From assembly GCA_964016885.1 (NCBI GenBank), contig OZ024743.1, positions 190,340,001 to 190,404,000 on the forward strand: a DNA stretch of 64,000 nucleotides. Reading direction: 5' to 3'. The position numbers were made by a program, and so were the translations under genes. The DNA comes from Eledone cirrhosa. Taxonomy: Eukaryota. Under the pieces are notes generated by a model. It saw nothing but the letters and a program-made list of their open reading frames with translations, did not search any database and was not told the origin of the DNA. Shown piece by piece: positions 1 to 12,458 of the stretch. The number at the start of each line of letters is the position of its first letter. Position 1 is the stretch's first letter.

Positions 1-559
1 TATTAATATTGATTCAAAATATTAACAAAAATAGACATTCGTGTGATCAAGTATATTTTATACGCCATAACATATACAATAAATTGTATATGTTATGGCG
101 TATACTTTTTTATATATTCTGGTACATATGGTTTGGTTATGTGTATACGGGAGTTTTGCGTCTGTGTGAGTATGCAGGTTCGTACGTATGTTGGGTGTGT
201 GTATATGTGTACTTCATGTTTCGGTTGACTTATGTCTCCGAACATTTGTGTAGGTATGTGTGTGCGCTTGTTATATACGTATTTATTTATTTAATTACGT
301 TTATTTAATTATTTATTTATTTGTATACACGCACACACACACACACATATTTATATGTGCGTGGTTTTGTATACCTATGGCAAGTGTTTTCGCGTATGCT
401 TGTGTATGTACGTATTTGCATGCGTGTATGTATTTATTTAATTTCTATTACCTGTGTATTGTATTTTATTTACTTTATTCTTAACTCTGAAGCGGAGATT
501 CATTCGGTTTCCTAGTTAGAATTTTATTCTGCGACTTCTGCTATACCATTTACGTGGTT

Positions 560-938
560 TTGTCTTTGCGTGCAATTGTTCTCCACGCTCAACATACGAC
601 GTATTATCTTCGTTTTTTCCGTTCATTGCCAGAGAACCTCTCTATGAACCACCTAAGAGAACATTAGTCTACGACTTCTTTTATACCATAAAAGTTGTTC
701 TGTCTTTGCGCGTAATTGTTTTTCACCGCTCCTATTAATGACGTATTATATTCGTTTTTTCCCGTTCTTTGCCAGGGAACGTTTCCACGAACCAAAGTAT
801 CGTCTTCCTGTCTTCCTCCGGTTGCAACGTTTTTTGAAATGTCCACTTCTGCGTTTACAGATTGACTTTGTTAGTTTTAGAAGATCCCGTTAAGGCTGAA
901 AGCCACGATTCTTGCTTAAACTTTAATCTGTTATTTTA

Positions 939-945
<7 letters not shown>
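560..945 (+). mobile_element. Solo PLE pseudo-LTR-like segment (same family as 29005-29280 and 30107-30405) with degenerate HHR at 873-922
   Basis: 774-945 is nearly identical to 30231-30403. HHR-like fold: AGUUU / UAGAAGA / UCCCGUUAAGGCU / GAAA-GC..GC-UU / AAACU. Internal ~140-bp duplication (560-638 vs 698-780). Confidence 0.7.
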
Positions 946-1004
<59 letters not shown>

Positions 1005-1094
1005 GCATACATATATATATACACATACATACATACATATATATCTATATATCTATATCTATCTATCTATATATATATATATATATATATATAT

Positions 1095-1703
1095 GGTGGC
1101 TGCCAACTCGTTTTCGAGTACGGCCAATACTTTATATCCATGTAGGAGAAACCTTACCGATGCGCTGAACGAGTGTGAATTTTAGTCCAGCCAGCGACTT
1201 GAAAACTCTGGTAAAAACATTACACTTGTAACAATTATTGACACATAGTGCTGGGCCCATGGTACCATGTGACGACAAGTGCAGAGAGATCTCCAGATAT
1301 AAAGCAATGCCTGTGCCGTGAAGCTTTTATAGTGAGCAAAGGCAGTGCACAAAGCCAGTCCCACTCTCTTAACCAAGATGATATTTACCAAAAAGAAGAA
1401 CAAGTCAACATCATTGGATACCATCAGGGTTGCAGGTGTTATATCAGAGTTTTCCTTCTCCTAGAATTCTGCCTTGACAAAGGCTAAGGGGTCATCTCTC
1501 CCGGTGATTTTGGATGGCCATTGACTCTTAAGAGCTCCTTTGCCCTTTGACAGGTTTTGATTTTAGTCCTGCAGGATGTCCAAAGTCACCCTCCTCGCAA
1601 AGAAACCTTCGTGGAGTTGCCAGTTTAGTTGTCAACGACCCGACCACGAGACAGGTTGTACTGGGATACATGTTACCAGTAGCACCAACTGGTGACCTGA
1701 CAT
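1095..1703 (-). mobile_element. Non-autonomous RTE-derived element (5'UTR plus 3' tail, no ORF)
   Basis: 1430-1506 (gcaggtgttatatcagagtt..ccttctcctagaa..ggctaagggg..ctccc) matches the RTE 5'UTR at 62171-62265. 1095-1126 (ggtggctgccaactcgttttcgagtacggcca) matches the RTE 3' terminus at 57898-57929. Confidence 0.7.
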
Positions 1704-1788
1704 AATACATACATACATACATACATACATACATACATACATACATACATACATACATACATACATACATACATACATACATACTTAT

Positions 1789-2725
1789 GTATTTACACTT
1801 TAATTTATATTTTTTATTATCGTTTGTCTACCCTGCCTTTCATAGGTTATAGATTCCATACACTGGTGGTTTTCCCCTGTTTTATTGATGGCGCACTATC
1901 TCTCTCTAGTGTGTTACCTTTTCAACATATTGTATTTTAAAGAGCTCAGGATTCCTTCTCCTTTAAAGATATATATATATATATCACGATAAATTAACGG
2001 ACCCATAGACTCTCGCTATTCCCTGTCAATAATGTGCTTAAAGGAGAAGGAATCCTGAGCTCTTTAAAATACAATATGTTGAAAAGGTAACACACTAGAG
2101 AGAGATAGTGTGTCATCAATAAAACAGGGAAAAACCACCAGTGTATGGAATCTATAATCTATGAAAGGCAGGGTAGACAAACGATAATAAAAAATATAAA
2201 TTAAAGTGTAAATACTTGCCTCTATAACTATATAACACACGCGTACAAATCCAAAGAGATCTGTTTCGCCAATAAGTTGTTGACAGAAATGAAATAACCC
2301 ATGGTTCATCAGCGTGTGTAAGGCTATACAATTCAGACAACTCTTAGAGAATTTAAAGCAACCGTCCAGCTACACGTGGGAGAGAGGTGTCACAGCGTGT
2401 TTGGGGCAGTGAACCAGTGGTGTCTGAGGGACGATCTGCTAGAAAGGGTAGCCCAAAACCACTCAGAGAAGTCTGCTCAACCAAACAGACAGAGAGGAAA
2501 GACTGTTATAAAGAGCGAAATATCACGATAAATTAACGGAGCCATAGATTCTCGCTATTCCCTGTCAATAATGAGCTCAAAGGAGAAGGAATCCTGAGCT
2601 CTTTAAAATACATGTTGAAAAGGAAACACACTAGAGAGAGATAGTGTGCCATCAATAAAACATGGAAAAACCACCAGTGTAGGAATCTATATCTCTCTCT
2701 AGTGTGTTACCATTTCAACATATTG

Positions 2726-2730
<5 letters not shown>
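1789..2730 (-). mobile_element. Non-coding HHR-bearing element: ~538-bp unit, ~1.3 tandem copies, with inverted partial copies on both sides
   Basis: Direct repeat 1982-2160 vs 2520-2690. 1789-1977 is the reverse complement of 2038-2215. 2689-2730 is a further short inversion. Flanked by microsatellites. Confidence 0.8.
2235..2320 (-). ncRNA. Type I hammerhead ribozyme with full stem III
   Basis: Minus strand: ACACACG-CUGAUGA-A-CCAUGGGUU..AACUUAUUGG-C-GAAA-CAGAUCU(CUUU)GGAUUU-GUA/CGCGUGU. Core intact; stem I has one mismatch. Confidence 0.85.
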
Positions 2731-2757
<27 letters not shown>

Positions 2758-2758
2758 G

Positions 2759-2815
<57 letters not shown>

Positions 2816-3431
2816 TGAGAGAGAGACAGAGAGAGAGAGAGTGGTCTAGTAACTTTACTGTATATGGAAATAAATTAGCTTTATAACAAACAAAGTAAAC
2901 CCATCAGTATGCTGTTAATCATAATTGGAAGAGGCCCTATATGTCACTGACATGATGTATGGTCCTCTCCCAGATAGAGAACAGATTTTCAATATAATCT
3001 TCAACCGGCCCCTAACAACAATCTATTGGCCTCTTCAACTAAACACACATCTCGAACTAGACAATCGTTCTACTAAAGACGAAGTAGCAAAAACCATTAA
3101 AAATGTGCGAAACGCAAAGCTTCTGGGTTGCTAGTTTAGACGCAATCCCAACAAAAATTTATAATTATGAAGCACACCTGCTCCACCAAAGGTTGACAGT
3201 TCTATTTCAATGCATCTATGACAAGCTGAACCGCCATATGAAATAAAGTTTGCATCGATTGACCCCCATACATAAAAGCAATAAAAACAGACTGTCCTCC
3301 ATGTCAACCACCGGAAACATGAAACATTACATTTGATGGACAATAAAGTTGTCCGTAACCATAATCACACAGTATTTAGCATTATATTTTATGTGTTTCT
3401 GTATGGGTGTCTGCTCACTCGCATATGTTTG

Positions 3432-3527
<96 letters not shown>

Positions 3528-3542
3528 GTATATAAAAAATAA

Positions 3543-3897
3543 GAAAGAGTCGAGATCCCGACAGCTGAGCTCCTGCTGTTTCAACAGCTAGTTCGAAACT
3601 AGCTGTTGAAATGGTGGGAGCTCAGCTGTCGTGGTCCCGACTCTTTCATATTACCACATCCTACTACCAAAAGTATCGAGTATTCTGGCAAGTAATGGTC
3701 TAACAGGTATTTACTGCATCCATTCCTATATATATATATATAGTAAAATAACGGATATACATGTATATATATATATATATAGGAATGGATGCAGTAAATA
3801 CTTGTTAGACCATTACTCGCCAGAATACTCGATACTTTTGGTAGTAGGATGTGGTAATATGAAAGAGTCGGGACCACGACAGCTGAGCTCCCACCAT
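3543..3897. repeat. Fold-back element: ~50-bp-stem hairpin (3543-3647) plus inverted repeat 3610-3730 / 3779-3897
   Basis: Direct reverse-complement matches; hairpin centred on ttcgaa at about 3592-3597. Confidence 0.85.
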
Positions 3898-3906
3898 TAT
3901 ATATGA

Positions 3907-4097
3907 AGCGGTGGATTGGCAGTATCGGTAGAGGTTCGGACGCCATGCTTTGACGCATAGAGTTACGGCCCTTGCCATTCTGAGTTCAAATCCCGCCGAG
4001 GTTAACTTTGCCTTTCATCCTTACGGGGTCGATAAAATAAAGTACCAGTAATGTACTGGGTAATTTTCTGGCCTTGTGCCAATAGTAGAAACAATTA
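3907..4097 (+). mobile_element. tRNA-derived SINE
   Basis: A-box-like tggcagtatcgg, B-box gagttcaaatcc, conserved core gcctttcatccttacggggtcgataaaataaagtacc (resembles the Meta-SINE domain), tail agaaacaattat. Multiple copies in the window. Confidence 0.85.
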
Positions 4098-4159
4098 TAT
4101 ATATATATATATAGTAAAATAACGGATATACATATATATATATATAGATAGAGAGAGAG

Positions 4160-4920
4160 ACCCCACCACAAAGTTATATATATATGGACAATGGGGGAGA
4201 ACCCTCTCCGACGTGCAGAACCACAGGCGCATGACGCCTTACACCAGGTATGTTGATGACATATATAGCGCAACAAATATATATAAAGAGACTGACAGCC
4301 TTACAGATGATTTCGAGAATAATTCCTTTCTTATATATACAATGCAATACATTTCTAACAGATTATATTACCATTATATTCTTAGATATGGACAGTGGAT
4401 TGGGCGGTGGATTGGCAGTATCGGTAGAGGGTCGGACGCCATGCTTTCCAGCATAGTTACGTCCCTTTACGTTCTGAGTTCAAATCTCGCCGAGGTTGAC
4501 TTTGCCTTTCATCCTTACGGGGTCGATAAAATAAAGTACCAGTAATGCACTGGGTAATTGCTGGCCTTGTGCCTAAAGTAGAAACAATTATATTCTTAGA
4601 CATAGAAACAAGGAACATCACACATAACATCTCGCTATGCCCAGAAAATATAAAAATCCGTTGATAAAAAATATCTATAGTGGCATCGTTACATAGACGG
4701 GATTTATATTTCGGTCAACAAGAGAAACCTTAAATAAGGAAATCTTGTGTATAGAACAAACTTTAGTTTTGTAATAGAGTAGTATATCAGGACAGAGAAG
4801 TATACAATAACGAACATTGATACAACAGATACAGAAACCATGTAAAAATCCCCCTCAAACCATGCTCATTGTATATTACTAGAACCAAATGTACCATTGT
4901 TAAAAATTGGATTAATGCAT
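4160..4920 (+). pseudogene. Degraded PLE-like RT fragment interrupted by a SINE
   Basis: TRYVDDIY motif at about 4240-4266, preceded by a degenerate MG..LS motif. Confidence 0.4.
4403..4591 (+). mobile_element. tRNA-derived SINE
   Basis: Same A/B boxes, core and tail as 3907-4097. Confidence 0.85.
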
Positions 4921-5006
4921 CATTAAAAGAAAAACGCAAGTAAGAGCAATCATAATTTCAATAAGCGCTCCCCTTTATCTGTCGTACATCTGTTTATGTG
5001 CGTACA

Positions 5007-5246
5007 TGCGTATCTGATAATATTATGAGTAGGTATGAGCTTGCGGGTAGATGTCTATATGTGCGTGTAAATATATGTACACACACACGTACTTATACAT
5101 ACACACAGACACACACACACACACAAACATATATATATAGGTAGAAATAAAATCCTGCGTATCTGATAATATTATGAGTAGGTATGAGCTTGCGGGTAGA
5201 TGTCTATATGTGCGTGTAAATATATGTACACACACACGTACTTATA

Positions 5247-5310
<64 letters not shown>

Positions 5311-5339
5311 TATATAATGTAGGTAGAAATAAAATCCTG
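5007..5339. repeat. Tandem duplication of ~150-180 bp containing (CA)n
   Basis: gcgtatctgataatattatgagtagg..gtagaaataaaatcctg occurs twice and ends at the 5' truncation point of the PLE ORF. Confidence 0.8.
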
Positions 5340-7352
5340 GACGAATTCTGTGAACACATCACAAACTCCCCTTACCAACACTTGCACAGACAAAAACACA
5401 AGCCAAACCTCAACAAGAAAGAATGGGAAGAATTAAATAGATTAAAAACCGACAGAACCATTACAATTAAAGAGGCTGATAAAGGGAGTACAGTAGTCCT
5501 AATGGAGACAGAATTCTATATCAACTTAGCACTCTCCACTTTGGAAAACGAAACATACTACGAAAAGGCTGAACACTACAATCAACAGAAAATTATGAGA
5601 AACCTAAAAACTCTAATCAACCAATACAAAGAAGGACTCACTAACAAGGAATTCAGCTTCATCACAGACTTCACAAGTAAATCCAGCCTTTTCGACGGTA
5701 TCCCTAAAGTACATAAAAGCGAATCAATCAGTAAGGCATGCAAGGAAGCCACAGACATAGTCATCAATATCCCCTGACCCAATGATCTCAAATTAAGACC
5801 TATAATAGCAGGCCCCGCTTGCGAAACGCACCGTCTTAGCAACTTCATTGATACCCTTCTCAAACCCTTCCTCAAGCACATCAAAAGCTATATAAGGGAC
5901 GACCTAGATATGCTCAATCACCTCCCTAATATGCCACTTTCTGAACAAACCCTACTAGTGACGTTCGATGTAGTCAACCTATACTCCAACATCCCCCACA
6001 ACCTAGGAATAGAAGCTATCCAATTCTGGCTGGATAATTTCCACAATGAACTCCCACAACGCATCAAAAAAGAATTCGTGATAGAGGGACTCAAATTTAT
6101 CTTGGAGAACAATTACTTCGTTTTCAATAACAAACACTACAGGCAGAAATCTGGGACCGCTATGGGAACGAAAACAGCCCCTACTTATGCCAACCTAGTC
6201 ATGGGATACCTGGAAATCACCCTCTACACTAAAGTCCTAAACAAATTTGGAAACACCCTCCACTTACACATTGAAAGGAACTGGAAGCGATATCTAGATG
6301 ACTGCTTCATCCTTTGGCACGAAAACATCGAAAAACTTAAAGAATTTCACGCCCTTATAAATGGTCTCAACACAAATATTAACTTCACGATGGAATACAG
6401 CCATCAACAACTCCCCTTCCTCGACATCCTCATTAAGATCCATAACAAAAAAATAGAAACAGACATATACTACAAGCCCACAGACACCAAGCAATATCTC
6501 CCCTTCAACTCTTGCCACCCTAGACACGTTAAAATTAATATTCCCTACAACTTAGCCAAGAGAATCTGTACTATAGTCTCCAATAAAAACATCTGCTACT
6601 TACGGCTACAAGAACTAAAGGACACACTCATAGGCAGGGACTACCCTGCATCACTAATTGACAATGGAATCCAACGTGCCCTAAAACTCAGTACCCAGGA
6701 CCTTAGACACCCTAAAGTAAATCAACCAAAACTAAAAGCTCTTCCATACATCTCCACACACAACCCCCTCAACAATGAGGCCTTTGACACCATCCTCCAG
6801 AACATACCTGTATTGAAAAAGGACCATAGAATGAACCAAATTCTACGAACACACGATATCATAAAGAGCAAAAGACAATCCAAGTCAATGAAAAACATCT
6901 TAACACATGCCAAAGTACTGCCAACCACAACAACGAAACCCACAGTAAAAAAATGCGATAGACCCAACTGTGGCATTTGCATCAACCTAATAGATGGTTC
7001 GGAATTCTATTTCAAAGATGGACAACGTTTTATAGTAAAACACAATTTCACATGTGCATCTGAAAATCTAATATATTTATTAACTTGTTCAGGTTGTCGA
7101 GAACAATACATAGGCCAGACCAAAAACAGCCTCCGCCAACGCATGACTGTCCATAGATCCCAAATTAAAATACGGGAATACAGGAAAATACCACTGAGTG
7201 AACACATTGATACCTGTGCCGCCCAAAATCATCCCAACTTCAGAATCTTTCCCCTCTACAAATTTAAAGATAATGCCACCCACACCCAGCGCATCAGCAA
7301 GGAATCTTACTTCATTAACAAATACGGACCCCGTCTAAACACCTCTCCCTAA
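5337..7352 (+). pseudogene. Penelope-like element ORF (RT plus C-terminal GIY-YIG, Neptune-like), 5'-truncated, with one in-frame TGA
   Basis: ORFs 5382-5777 and 5910-7352 are in the same frame, split by TGA at 5775. Motifs: ADKG, LRPI, FDVVNLY, GTAMG, RYLDDC, PFLD, linker C-x4-C-x2-C (CDRPNCGIC), NLIY..C..C..YIGQT, R..HR, E.YFI..Y...LN. Confidence 0.92.
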
Positions 7353-7972
7353 GACGAACCCACAACATACACACGTCAACATACATACCTACATCGGCAC
7401 ACATCTCTACCCACATATAAACACAATGACACACGTAAACACACATGCTCTATGGTGCAATACAAAAAAATATATGTGCATATATATGTATGTATATATG
7501 TATATATATATATATATATGTAGTGAATATATGTATCTGTATATATATATAGTGAATATCATTTCACACCTTTTATTGTTAAGATTTTTGATGTTCTATT
7601 AAGAGAACCGATTTTACTGAAAAAATCGAATAATGTACACCATTTTACCAGGGGGAAAACATACTGGTCCACCCACACACACACACATACACACACACAC
7701 ATATACACAAACACATACACACGCGTACATCAACATACAAAGAGACTTATACACACACACACACACGCACTTCTCCGTATAAGACAAAAGCTGAAAAATA
7801 TCTTTTGACATGCTAAAATACCCCCATTGCTTTCAGACACATTCTTACTGACCATCGAATTACTCTGCTATACACACACACACAAACACACACACACACT
7901 TATCTTAATAGCCATTTGACACACATCGCTGCTGGCCATTGTCGCAGCATCGAACACCTTACTACTACTACT

Positions 7973-8019
<47 letters not shown>

Positions 8020-8403
8020 TACACACACACACACACATATTTGTTGTGAAAGAGTCATTTCTCAATCTTGGCGCAAAACCAATTTTTTATCCACATGACC
8101 TCTACCGACCAATCAAAATTGTTTTGACCACAAGCATTTTTGCAACACAAAAATAACGCTGGAGCCACTTTTTTAACATAAAAACAGGTAGAATTCCCAA
8201 AACTAATCAGATCAGAGCAAACAGCACGGATACACTATCTCAAAATTATTTTTGAAAAGCATTTAGAAATGCGCAACCGGTAAAAACTTAAAAACTTAAA
8301 ACCACAACTGAATACTAACCCATACAATCACTAATACTCTTTTATTCCTAATTAAACCATTTTTCAACTGTGAACAATTTGTCAGCATTTTCTATTCCGT
8401 TTA

Positions 8404-8460
<57 letters not shown>

Positions 8461-8464
<4 letters not shown>

Positions 8465-8641
8465 GTTACTATTTTAGGCACAAGGCCAGCAATAACCCAG
8501 TACATTACTGGTACTTTATTTTATCGACCCCGTAAGGATGAAAGGCAAAGTTAACCTCGGCGGGATTTGAACTCAGACTGTAAAGGTACGTAACTATGCT
8601 AGAAAACATGGCGTCCAACCCTCTACCGATACTGCCAATTC
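8461..8641 (-). mobile_element. tRNA-derived SINE
   Basis: Reverse complement of the 3907 family. Confidence 0.85.
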
Positions 8642-8699
8642 ACATATATATATATAATCATCTATAGCTACCATCCTTTGGATTTTGAGTTGCTCGTTA

Positions 8700-9520
8700 A
8701 ACTATTCAGTTAATTTATCTCCATCATATTAACTATTATCTCTTTAGATCTTACTCTTCAGTCTATGCCAAAATTATGAAAATTTCTCATCGTCCAATTA
8801 TTTTACAAACTCCACCATATTTGCTGATGTTTTCATTTTTTTGTAATATTCTCTTTATATTCTCTTAGTTTCTTTTTGAAGCCCAACACTCTCGTTCATA
8901 CGTTGCTCTTGGGAATATCAAAGTATGATGCAATTTCATCTTTGTTTTATAATTATCGATAGGATTTTCGAAATACGGTTTAAACAGATAACAAAGAAGT
9001 TTGCTAAAGCATTTCTTCGTTGTATCCTTTTTCTGTCATCGCATTGGTTTGTAGTAGTGTTTTCCATGAGACAGAACCCATACATTACACTGGTGCTTTG
9101 ATTATTAATTATTGTCGGATTATATCATCTCCCTGATATAATCGTTGATTCATTGATTCATTTCTGGTTTTATTTCTCTTTTTCCTAAAGACAATGTCAT
9201 CGATATACCTGAAATTGGTGGCAATTTCCATCAATATTAACTGAATCTTCGAACCTTCAAGATTTCCCCGTGTTGTCCTCCCCCGTAGATGTTAAATAAT
9301 GACAAAGAGACATTAGATCCTTGTCGTATCTCATGCGCAATCTCAAACTCCTGAATGACGTTCACATTCATTTTGACACTTGCCGTTTGATGAAAATAAA
9401 GTGATTTTAATAAATCTATAAAATATTGATTTCTGCCATAGTGGAGGAAAATCTAGATTTTGGTAGTCGATAAAAGAAATAATTAATTCTTCATTATAAA
9501 CTCCAAATGGACGGAGAACA
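8700..9520 (-). pseudogene. Old non-LTR (RTE-like) RT remnant
   Basis: Minus-strand FIDYQ (~9465-9480) and NFRYIDDIVF (~9188-9217) in the expected order. Confidence 0.45.
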
Positions 9521-10391
9521 ATATTTGTTATTAATTCAGTAGGAAATTCGAAAGAAATGTATTGCACCTAGTGTGAACCGGCCCCAGAATCGTTAGGTTG
9601 TCGTATTATTTGCAGTATCTTATCCATCTCTTTACATTTCAAGTTTAAATACCAATCTCAAACAGTTTAACATCACCAACTGGTTCTTGGGTGAATTTGG
9701 CAGATTCGACTCTTTTGCAACCAATTGGGCCAGATCACTGCAATAAGAATACATTTGACACATGTCAATCGCGAAGGATCCCAAACGGGTCAAAACAAAA
9801 AGCACTCGATTGGTTTTCTTTTCATATTTGAATTTAATTCCATCATCCATAATTTAAGTTTGACTTCACTAGCAAGATTAATTTCCCAACACGATTGTCT
9901 GGTTGTTTCAATGGGATAAAATATTTACATCAAACTTTTGGCTATTATTTTGCCTTCCATATATTTATGTACAGCATAAGTTCACTGATGCTTCGACACA
10001 CTTATCTAATGATGCTCTGCGATCTGTATCCGGACATTTATTGTTTTCAGAATTTTCATAGAGCAGAGGGCTTCATATTTCTGTAGCATAATTTTCACAT
10101 TGCTCATTTACATTATTATATTTATGTTTTATTATAATAAATATTATGATAATTATCAACAACAATATGGACGAAGTGTTTTTCAATAATATAAACTTAA
10201 TACAGTTACACTGAATACATACGCTCTCTCTGTATAAATATAAATATTTATATATATGTGTCTGTGCGTGCGCGTGCGTGTGCGCGCGCGTGTGTCTGTG
10301 TGTGTGTGTATGTGTGCGTGTGTGTCAGAATCAATTATGCGCAGAATCTAGCCAGCTCATAAATTCTTCCGTTCTCGCTATAACCATACAC

Positions 10392-10427
10392 GAGTTAAAG
10401 ATTCCTTCGGGTGAAACACGTGTCCTC
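10392..10427 (+). ncRNA. Degenerate minimal HHR relic
   Basis: GAG-UUAAAGA-UUCC(UUCG)GGU-GAAA-CACGU-GUC/CUC. Palindromic stem III ACACGUGU; core mutated. Confidence 0.55.
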
Positions 10428-10507
10428 ATATATGTTTTATTAACTTGGACTGAGTTCTCCATAAACGTTTGGTATATCTTCCCGTTTCCTAACTATACTA
10501 TATTATG

Positions 10508-10547
<40 letters not shown>

Positions 10548-10691
10548 GTATTTGGGGAGGGTCATATTGTTATAATCTTGCCAGAAATATATAATATAAC
10601 ATACTCGATGTTTGGTTTGGGTATTTTATATCCCCATAGTTAATTTAGATGGTAATCAATGTTTATCATAGATTGACCAACAGTTTTATAT

Positions 10692-10773
<82 letters not shown>

Positions 10774-10832
10774 TACTAATAATAAATATATTATATATAA
10801 ATATATATAGTCTCTTTCGTCACCTGTGATAT

Positions 10833-11080
10833 TGCCAAACGTAGAAACAATTATATAAATACCTACGATTGGTTGCTGGGAACATTATCAGTGATACTAT
10901 TATGTTTCCTCCCATGTAGTGTAATATTTACTTATATATATATATATAAAATATTTAAATAAGAATTAGAAAACGTAAACATCACACTACAACTACAGCG
11001 AGGTGAAACATAATAGTATCACTGATAATGTTCCAAGCAACCAATCGGAGATATTTATATAATTGTTTCTACGTTTGGCA
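10833..11080. repeat. Inverted repeat (~100-bp arms) that includes the tail of the adjacent SINE
   Basis: 10833-10931 is the approximate reverse complement of 10976-11080. Confidence 0.75.
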
Positions 11081-11181
11081 CAAGGCCAGTACATTAGTGG
11101 TACTTTATTTTATCGACCCCGTACGGATGAAAGGCAAAGTTAACCTCAGCGGGATTTGAACTCAGAATGGCAAGGGCCGTA
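11061..11181 (-). mobile_element. tRNA-derived SINE, partial
   Basis: Core and B box of the 3907 family. Confidence 0.8.
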
Positions 11182-11240
11182 TCTAGGCCGGGATTCTATC
11201 TCGCGTCCTACGGATGTGTTTTGAAACTCTTAATGAGGTA

Positions 11241-11333
11241 TCCTCTTGATAAGTCGGCAGACCTAACAAAAATTCTATATCTCTGTGATGTAGTGTTTTT
11301 GCATAATATGCCACGAAACTACGTAGTCGAGGA
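11241..11333 (+). ncRNA. Degenerate HHR relic
   Basis: UCCUC-UUGAUAA-GUCGGCA..UGCCAC-GAAA-CUACGUA-GUC/GAGGA. Perfect stem I and palindromic stem III; two transitions in the core. Confidence 0.65.
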
Positions 11334-11398
11334 GTAATGGAGTAATTTAGGTATGGTATATCTTATTAATTATATCTAATGTTTCTTCTCTCTTTATA

Positions 11399-11466
<68 letters not shown>

Positions 11467-11522
11467 GCGTTTAGATACGTTTAGATACGTCGTACGGAGA
11501 TATTGTTTACATTTATCGTGTA

Positions 11523-12458
11523 CTAGCAGTAAAGCCCGGCGTTGCTCGGGGTCGCTCAGTAGCTGTGTTAAAGTTACAATGTTAAGTTTCTTTTTTGGCT
11601 TAAAAACTGTAGTGTCTACGGTGCAGACTTGCATGTGGTGTTTTTGATTAATATTCCCTCAACCAACAATATGCCTTATGAAGTTAAGAAAACATAACGA
11701 TAACCCGAATGTTATAACAAAAGAGGATGTTGGGGATAAAAACTGCACTGGTTATTTATTAACAAAGATCGAAAATGTAAACACTGCAACGCAGAGAAAA
11801 ACATTAGCGTAACCAAATTATCAGTTATGTCTGTCTGCACGCCTATATCACCTCTCTGCACGACTGTCTGTCTGCACGCCTATATCACCTCTCTGCACGA
11901 CTGTCTGTCTGCACGCCTATATCACCTCTCTGCACGACTGTCTGTCTGCACGCATATATCACCTCTCTGCACGACTGTCTGTCTGCACGCGTATATCACC
12001 TCTCTGCACGACTGTCTGTCTGCACAACTGTCTGTCTGCACGCCTAACGACGAAATATTTGCTTGTTTTACGTAGTCTTTAAATAGACTTGTTTTCAAGT
12101 AAAAATATTGTTTTAAAATGCTTTTAAATGGAAATGAAGCAAAACGGAAGCTTAGTGTTCGTGTATTGTGTTAATGTCATTTTAAACGCTGAGAAAGCCA
12201 GCGTAATTTTTTACGTAAGACGCTCAATGTAAACAGAACAAAGGGAAATAACTGATAACTTACGCTCAAAAATCGATACATTATATTCGATTTCGTCACA
12301 TAGGGTGGGTCAATTTGAAATATTTTTTTTCCGATGTCTTCGCTAGGGCTCAATGTACAAGTATAGCAATTTCGGTGCAATTCTGTGAGAGATTCTAAGA
12401 GGAGATGTGTGCCAAAAATCGATAGACAGACAGACAACCACAGTTTTATATATATAGA
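11523..12458 (-). mobile_element. Non-autonomous Helitron
   Basis: Minus strand starts TC(tatatatataaa) and ends with hairpin cccgagcaacgccggg followed by CTAG; inserted between A and T. Confidence 0.8.
11828..12045. repeat. 37-bp minisatellite, ~5.5 copies, inside the Helitron
   Basis: Unit tgtctgtctgcacgcctatatcacctctctgcacgac. Confidence 0.9.

Noticed and set aside
3907-4000. tRNA gene
   Set aside because: The A/B boxes belong to a multi-copy SINE head; no cloverleaf.
7353-8400. HHR in the 3' region of the 5337-7352 PLE
   Set aside because: Only a partial GAAAUGCGCA at about 8266, with no intact core or stem I.
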